From an uncultured virus (IMG/VR IMGVR_UViG_3300036949_000060) (taxonomy: Duplodnaviria > Heunggongvirae > Uroviricota > Caudoviricetes), in the IMG/VR virus record IMGVR_UViG_3300036949_000060: DNA of 20,000 nt, one strand, 5' to 3'. Positions 15,460 through 20,000 of this stretch are shown in pieces. Under the pieces are notes generated by a model. That model searched no databases. It was not told the DNA's origin and was given only the letters and a program-made list of their open reading frames with translations. A program made the position numbers and the translations under genes. Position 1 is the first letter of the stretch; each line of letters starts with the position of its first letter.

Positions 15460-15939
15460 TTAATGTAAAACGGCTGAAATGTAGTCAGCAAACTGCTGCT
15501 TTGTTGAGCCGCCATGATTAGTGGAAATCTCTCCGCCATCCTTTACCTTAGGATAACCGGAAGGCTGGGCGAAGGCTTTGATCGCCTCGGCCTGTGCTTT
15601 GCAAGCTTCCTCTGTATCTCCGGTAAGAAGATTCGAAGGGATTCCTGTTTCTTTTGATACTGTTTCTCTCATTACCCTGACTTCGTTCTCTTTTCTGAGA
15701 GCCGCAAGTTCGGATTCGAGATTGTTTGCTCTTTCGGTTGCCTTCTGAAGTTCGCTCTTGCTGGCTTCTTCCGCTTCGTCATACTTAGCGGCCTTTGCCT
15801 TAAGGTCTTCGTAATCAGAATACTTGCCTTTTTCTTCAGCGAGTCTCTTTCCTACGATTGCGTTTACTTCGTCCTGGGTGAAAGTGCGGTTCTGGCCTTC
15901 GCCATTTTCCTGAGTGAGTACAGTAGCGGGTTCGCTCAT
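15460..15939 (-). CDS. Capsid scaffolding protein (DUF4355-like, 159 aa)
   Basis: RTFTQDEVNAIVGKRLAEE motif followed by a coiled coil; directly upstream of the capsid gene; RBS AGGAGG. Confidence 0.88.
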   Translation of the reverse strand: MSEPATVLTQENGEGQNRTFTQDEVNAIVGKRLAEEKGKYSDYEDLKAKAAKYDEAEEASKSELQKATERANNLESELAALRKENEVRVMRETVSKETGIPSNLLTGDTEEACKAQAEAIKAFAQPSGYPKVKDGGEISTNHGGSTKQQFADYISAVLH

Positions 15940-15992
15940 TTGATATCCTCCTAAAAGAGTAAAATTCCTCGACTTGGCGCGAGTAGCCTATT

Positions 15993-16017
15993 AAAAAAGC
16001 ACCTTTTGACGGGTGCT
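15993..16017 (-). terminator. Intrinsic terminator-like hairpin between the minor head gene and the scaffold gene
   Basis: Minus strand AGCACC-CGTCAAAA-GGTGCT followed by TTTTT, 3 nt after the stop at 16021. Confidence 0.65.
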
Positions 16018-16020
16018 GAT

Positions 16021-16758
16021 TTAAACATCGATTAATTCTGAATTGTCAGGACCTTCGGTCTTTTTGTCTTCTGCATATGCAGCTCGCCTCATTGCGTTAA
16101 TCTTGTCCTGCGGAGTTCTTCCATCTGCATGTCTATACATGCTCAAATATCTATCCGGATCATATCCTTCGACATTGGTTCTCTCATTGAATCTGATTGC
16201 ATATGCGCAATCACAATTTGAATGAATGTGCTCTGCATGACCGCCTTTGATGGCTTTCTTTGATGCGTACTGCCATCCACGCGAGGCGAGAGTTAAACAG
16301 AAAGCACAAGTCTCGCCCGCCGGAATCCAAGCAAATTGTGCTCCGTCCCTTAAACTGTTCTGTAAAGTCGTATCCTGCCCGGCCTGTTTGACAAGCCTTC
16401 CGACCACGTTAGAGATATAGGTCGCATCCTCGGAAAACTTTAATGCCCCATTAATAGCCTTGCCTGTTTCTGCAATCGTGGCGGTCTCTGCAGGTACCGC
16501 AGCAGGAAGATAAACTTCTGAAAGTTCAGCCATTGTGTCATAGTATTCGCAAGCAAGAGCCGCCGCTCCCTCGCCGTATTTTGTAGCGAGTGCATAAGCA
16601 AATTCTATAAGCTCATCCCTGGGAATATTGGCAAGGCCTACGCCTCCCCATCTTCCGGATACGCTCCAAACGGCATCTCTAAATTCATCCGCTGCCTTCT
16701 GGCTTAATTTTGCTAAGAGGTCTCTATATTTTGTCCATTCATCAAGAGAAACCGTCAT
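16021..16758 (-). CDS. Minor head/MuF-like morphogenesis protein (245 aa)
   Basis: Lies between portal and scaffold; TCAFCLTLASRG and HSNCDC metal-binding motifs of MuF-like proteins. Confidence 0.8.
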   Translation of the reverse strand: MTVSLDEWTKYRDLLAKLSQKAADEFRDAVWSVSGRWGGVGLANIPRDELIEFAYALATKYGEGAAALACEYYDTMAELSEVYLPAAVPAETATIAETGKAINGALKFSEDATYISNVVGRLVKQAGQDTTLQNSLRDGAQFAWIPAGETCAFCLTLASRGWQYASKKAIKGGHAEHIHSNCDCAYAIRFNERTNVEGYDPDRYLSMYRHADGRTPQDKINAMRRAAYAEDKKTEGPDNSELIDV

Positions 16759-16762
16759 TTAT

Positions 16763-18148
16763 CTATTCCTCTAATTCCGTCAAAACCTGAAGTCCTCTCG
16801 CCTTAGCCTGCTGCGCGTTGATTCTTCTGATATCTGACTGTGAGAATCCTACCATTTCAAGGAATACATCAGTCTGACCAAATCCCGGTCTTGCAGTAGC
16901 AATCTTCAAAGCCGCATCAGCTGTTGATGCTATTGAGGGCATCATCGGATTCTTGAAGTGAGGCATAATAGCTTTGTCTTCGTCTGTCAGTTCATCAACA
17001 GAAACATTCTTCTCAATAGCAAGAGCCATGAGCATGATCTGAGTCAGTGACACTCCGTTTCCTTTATTGAGTTTTTCAGCAAGAGATACCAGTTTCTTTG
17101 ACTGAGCTTCTATCGCATCTGAGCTTGTCGGGTTTGCTTCCTCAACAACTCCCACATCATTGGAAGACAATCCGGTTATTGCAGAGAACTGAGTCGCAAG
17201 AGCTTTAAGCATCTGGATATGAGGGGATATATTTCCCTGAGCCAGCTGTCCGAACTCAGGAACCTGCCCTGATTCCGGATCTCTTGTTGCTGCGAGCATT
17301 GATCCTACATACTGCTTGAATTTCTGACTTATTATCACATCGTACTGTTCATCACTAATTCCAAGAAGGTATTTCTGCGGTGATGTAGCAAATTCAAGTC
17401 CGATTGTCGCATTGCAGATAGTACGAACAAAGCCTTTTATAAGTCCGCGCTGAGGAGCTTTAAGCCTTGATCTTCCTAAAGGCTTTCTATCTGTGGCGTT
17501 CCAAACCATAGGCTCCATAAGAGGTCTTCCCATCTTGTGAGGGAACTCTTCAGCCTTAAATGTCTGTGTATCTGCGATACGTTTAAGTACCCAGATTGAA
17601 GTGTCATTGTAAAAATTGATTATAGATACGAGCTCTTTTTCTCCGCTCTTAATAGTATCTATAATCGCAAGACCGTATTCGATCCTCCCAAGTTCTCCGT
17701 TATACTTTGCCGCTGCTGTTTCTGGAGAATGAAATCTGATCCTGGCTTTCTTGTTATCATCAGCTGAAAGCGTAGCGAATACGCAACCAAATTCGAGCTC
17801 TGTCGTTGCAGCTTTAGGATATTCGGATAAGAGTTTGTTCCTTTTGGCTATCTGAGTTATCAGCTCAATATCTCCGCCATTCTCACCTACAAATCCATCA
17901 AAAACAGATCTCTCGGCGAGAACGTCAACAGCCTGTCCGCCCCATCCGCAATCCATCTCCAAACCAAGAAGATTGTCAGGCAAAGCGATACCAAGATTAA
18001 CCTCAGAAAGAGGGATTTTCCCTTCGTAGTATCTGCTTTTTATGGCGTTTGCGTTTCTGTGCTTATTGAAGATCCGAACGCACTGATTAAACTGATCCTG
18101 AACTTCTTCAGGCATATCCAAGATAAATTTAAAATTAAGCTCGAACAT
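16763..18148 (-). CDS. Portal protein (SPP1 gp6-like, 461 aa)
   Basis: Directly after the large terminase; motifs RYYEG, VDVLAER, PLGRSRL, EFATSPQKYLLG and NPTSSDAI. Confidence 0.9.
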   Translation of the reverse strand: MFELNFKFILDMPEEVQDQFNQCVRIFNKHRNANAIKSRYYEGKIPLSEVNLGIALPDNLLGLEMDCGWGGQAVDVLAERSVFDGFVGENGGDIELITQIAKRNKLLSEYPKAATTELEFGCVFATLSADDNKKARIRFHSPETAAAKYNGELGRIEYGLAIIDTIKSGEKELVSIINFYNDTSIWVLKRIADTQTFKAEEFPHKMGRPLMEPMVWNATDRKPLGRSRLKAPQRGLIKGFVRTICNATIGLEFATSPQKYLLGISDEQYDVIISQKFKQYVGSMLAATRDPESGQVPEFGQLAQGNISPHIQMLKALATQFSAITGLSSNDVGVVEEANPTSSDAIEAQSKKLVSLAEKLNKGNGVSLTQIMLMALAIEKNVSVDELTDEDKAIMPHFKNPMMPSIASTADAALKIATARPGFGQTDVFLEMVGFSQSDIRRINAQQAKARGLQVLTELEE

Positions 18149-18157
18149 TTCTTATCC

Positions 18158-19609
18158 TCATCCGATCCGTTGTTTTCTTCCGGGGACTCTCTTAGAATTT
18201 CTCGCTCCCCAGAGAGCAAGTGCGCACGACTCTATTGGGCCGGATGTTTCTCCTCCAAAACCCCAGCCTTTGCCAATAGGTCTTTTGGTTGCGTTCTTTG
18301 CGCTCTCGTTTAATATTTCCTGTTTAGAGTACCAAGTCAGCTGTTTGGTTCCTATCTCATCGACAAGAAGGCTTGCTGATGCGATAACCTGGTTTGCAGT
18401 AGGTCTGATGATAGAATCCTGAGCTTTCCAGATGTCCTTGATCTTATCGTTGAGAACATCCACTCCATTCTTGCCATCAATAACCACGCATGATGCCTTA
18501 GTTGCTCTTGCATTGAGCCAGTCCGCAAGCCACTGAACACCTGCAGCTGTGGATTTCTGCTCGATAACGGATATTCTGGCGATTCCGTCTTTGTCGATTA
18601 CAGCTCCGCTTAAGCAGACTGTCGAACCATCAGCAGAAAACTTAATACCATAAGCGGTTTTACCTTCAGGTTTGAGCTGATCTGATTTGCAAGCACTCCA
18701 TTTATCCCTGTCGAGTGCGTAGTTTTCTTTCGTGATGGTTTTTGCTAAATATCCTAAATGCTCTCTTGCGAAAGCATCGGGTGTCATGCTGATAAGGTCT
18801 TTTTCAAGTGCTGAGACGAGCAGCTGGAATCCAAGAGAAGGATTGCATTCGTACCATCTCTCCTTATCGGACACATCCCCGATCTCCCTTGTGGACCATT
18901 CATGAATACACGCACCGGGGACAGCTTCATCATGCATCTTGTCTATCTGCTTCTTGAAGATAAAACCTTTATGTTCTGCCTCCGGTGTCGGAGGGGTACC
19001 CATCAATATGGTCTGAGGGGATCCGGACGGTGCCGCTGAGTTCAGAGGTGAAAGTGAAGCGTCCTGAGCTTGTGTATAACTCTGCGCCTCATCAACTACG
19101 ATGAGGTCAAAGGTTCCGCCTCGTCCCATGTCGGAACTATTTCCGCGAGTTCTGAACTCTATGTGACCGCCATTTTTAAGGTCAAGGACCATCTGCCCTG
19201 CACTGGTTGTATATTTATCGACCAGTGCGTTGAGTTCCGGATACTTAGCCATCGGATCATCTCTTCTGTCTCCGAATTTCTTCCGAAGCCTGTCGAATGC
19301 GATCTTTGCAGTCTGGAACTCTTGCGCAGTATGAAGTATTCTTTCACCCCGCTTAACTAAGCCCCAAGTTTCGCGTGGCTCGGAGTCTCCCGTTTTACCG
19401 TTCTGTCTTGGCACCATCAAATAACAGATATGATGGATGAGGACTCCTTTATCATCAACAGCCAACCAATCATCAAGAACAAGCGCTTGCCACGGATGAG
19501 GTTTGAGAGCGTATGCGGTAGCAAGTTCTGTCGCATATTTGCCCTCGGTTTTTTGCCAAGGCTCGGCTCGATGAAAGATCGGAGTCTGTCTTCCGATTCG
19601 TTCACTCAT
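18158..19609 (-). CDS. terL: Terminase large subunit (483 aa)
   Basis: Adenine-binding HPWQ, Walker A VPRQNGKT, Walker B LIVVDEAQ, coupling motif MGTPP, and NPSLG...FAREHLG. Confidence 0.95.
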   Translation of the reverse strand: MSERIGRQTPIFHRAEPWQKTEGKYATELATAYALKPHPWQALVLDDWLAVDDKGVLIHHICYLMVPRQNGKTGDSEPRETWGLVKRGERILHTAQEFQTAKIAFDRLRKKFGDRRDDPMAKYPELNALVDKYTTSAGQMVLDLKNGGHIEFRTRGNSSDMGRGGTFDLIVVDEAQSYTQAQDASLSPLNSAAPSGSPQTILMGTPPTPEAEHKGFIFKKQIDKMHDEAVPGACIHEWSTREIGDVSDKERWYECNPSLGFQLLVSALEKDLISMTPDAFAREHLGYLAKTITKENYALDRDKWSACKSDQLKPEGKTAYGIKFSADGSTVCLSGAVIDKDGIARISVIEQKSTAAGVQWLADWLNARATKASCVVIDGKNGVDVLNDKIKDIWKAQDSIIRPTANQVIASASLLVDEIGTKQLTWYSKQEILNESAKNATKRPIGKGWGFGGETSGPIESCALALWGARNSKRVPGRKQRIG

Positions 19610-19871
19610 TTGCGGCTGCTTTATTCAGGATTCTGAACAAAGGTGTCTCGTTCTGGGCTTCACTGTTCTGATTCCTGAGAGCCTTTAACCTATCCATTGC
19701 TTCGAAAAGACCAGTCGCCAGTGGCTTGATGTCTCTTCCGGAATCTGTCATATCGAGAACCTTTGCATATTTTGCAATGATGGTCTCGCAGATCCTGATC
19801 TCGTCTTTGGATTTTACAGCTGCTGAAATGCTGTTTCTTGACCTTGATGAAGGTTGCTTGTTTTTTGCCAT
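19602..19871 (-). CDS. Probable terminase small subunit (89 aa)
   Basis: Small helical protein overlapping the start of terL; RBS AAGGAGGT at 19880-19888. Confidence 0.65.
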   Translation of the reverse strand: MAKNKQPSSRSRNSISAAVKSKDEIRICETIIAKYAKVLDMTDSGRDIKPLATGLFEAMDRLKALRNQNSEAQNETPLFRILNKAAANE

Positions 19872-20000
19872 ATTTTGTTACCTCCTTGGAATGACCAAGT
19901 ATGAGCTTAAAAACCGCTCCCCACTTGAATTTTTAAAACGTCTGTGGTCTACGTTGTGGATAACTTTATTGTGGATTTTGACTTCGAGAGTGCTGGCGCT

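Larger units (their letters stand above)
149..19871 (-). mobile_element. Siphovirus-like phage/prophage late region (packaging, head, tail, lysis, accessory module)
   Basis: Canonical gene order on one strand with tight translational coupling; no host genes, integrase or att site in the window. Confidence 0.95.

Noticed and set aside
220..19605. Alternative-frame minus-strand ORFs nested in real genes (e.g. 220-444, 1082-1480, 11210-11668, 18352-18540)
   Set aside because: They lie within genes that have better motif and RBS support, and show no independent evidence of coding.
482..19636. All + strand ORFs in the track (e.g. 3232-3540, 5862-6323, 10242-10670, 12219-12593)
   Set aside because: They are antisense shadows of well-supported minus-strand genes, with no recognisable motifs.
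149..19871. Stop-codon reassignment, introns or inteins in structural genes
   Set aside because: Genes are full length in the standard code, TAG, TGA and TAA all serve as stops at coupled junctions, and terminase, portal and capsid have normal sizes.

Overview
The window is the late region of a tailed dsDNA phage or prophage with a siphovirus-like layout. The AGGAGG ribosome-binding sites and the CW_7/LysM endolysin suggest a Gram-positive, probably Bacillota/Clostridia host. All credible genes are on the minus strand. Reading from 20 kb down: small and large terminase, portal, MuF-like minor head protein, scaffold, major capsid, head-tail joining genes, major tail protein, tail chaperones joined by a -1 frameshift site (A AAA AAC), tape measure protein, tail-tip genes, a four-domain endolysin and three small membrane proteins. 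The most interesting part lies after lysis (149-3538), a compact accessory module of unknown function. It encodes a 45-aa Arg-rich CxxCxGxG microprotein missed by the ORF track, coupled to a sigma-region-4-like HTH protein, then a terminator overlapping 11-bp-phased CAC motifs. Six genes follow: a papain/C39-like Cys-His-Asp protein, two Q/N-rich proteins, a Gly-rich/hydrophobic, Cys-clustered coiled-coil protein behind a hairpin-rich leader, a BclA/C1q-like beta protein and an Arg/Tyr-repeat protein. All family assignments come from motif recognition by eye, not database searches.
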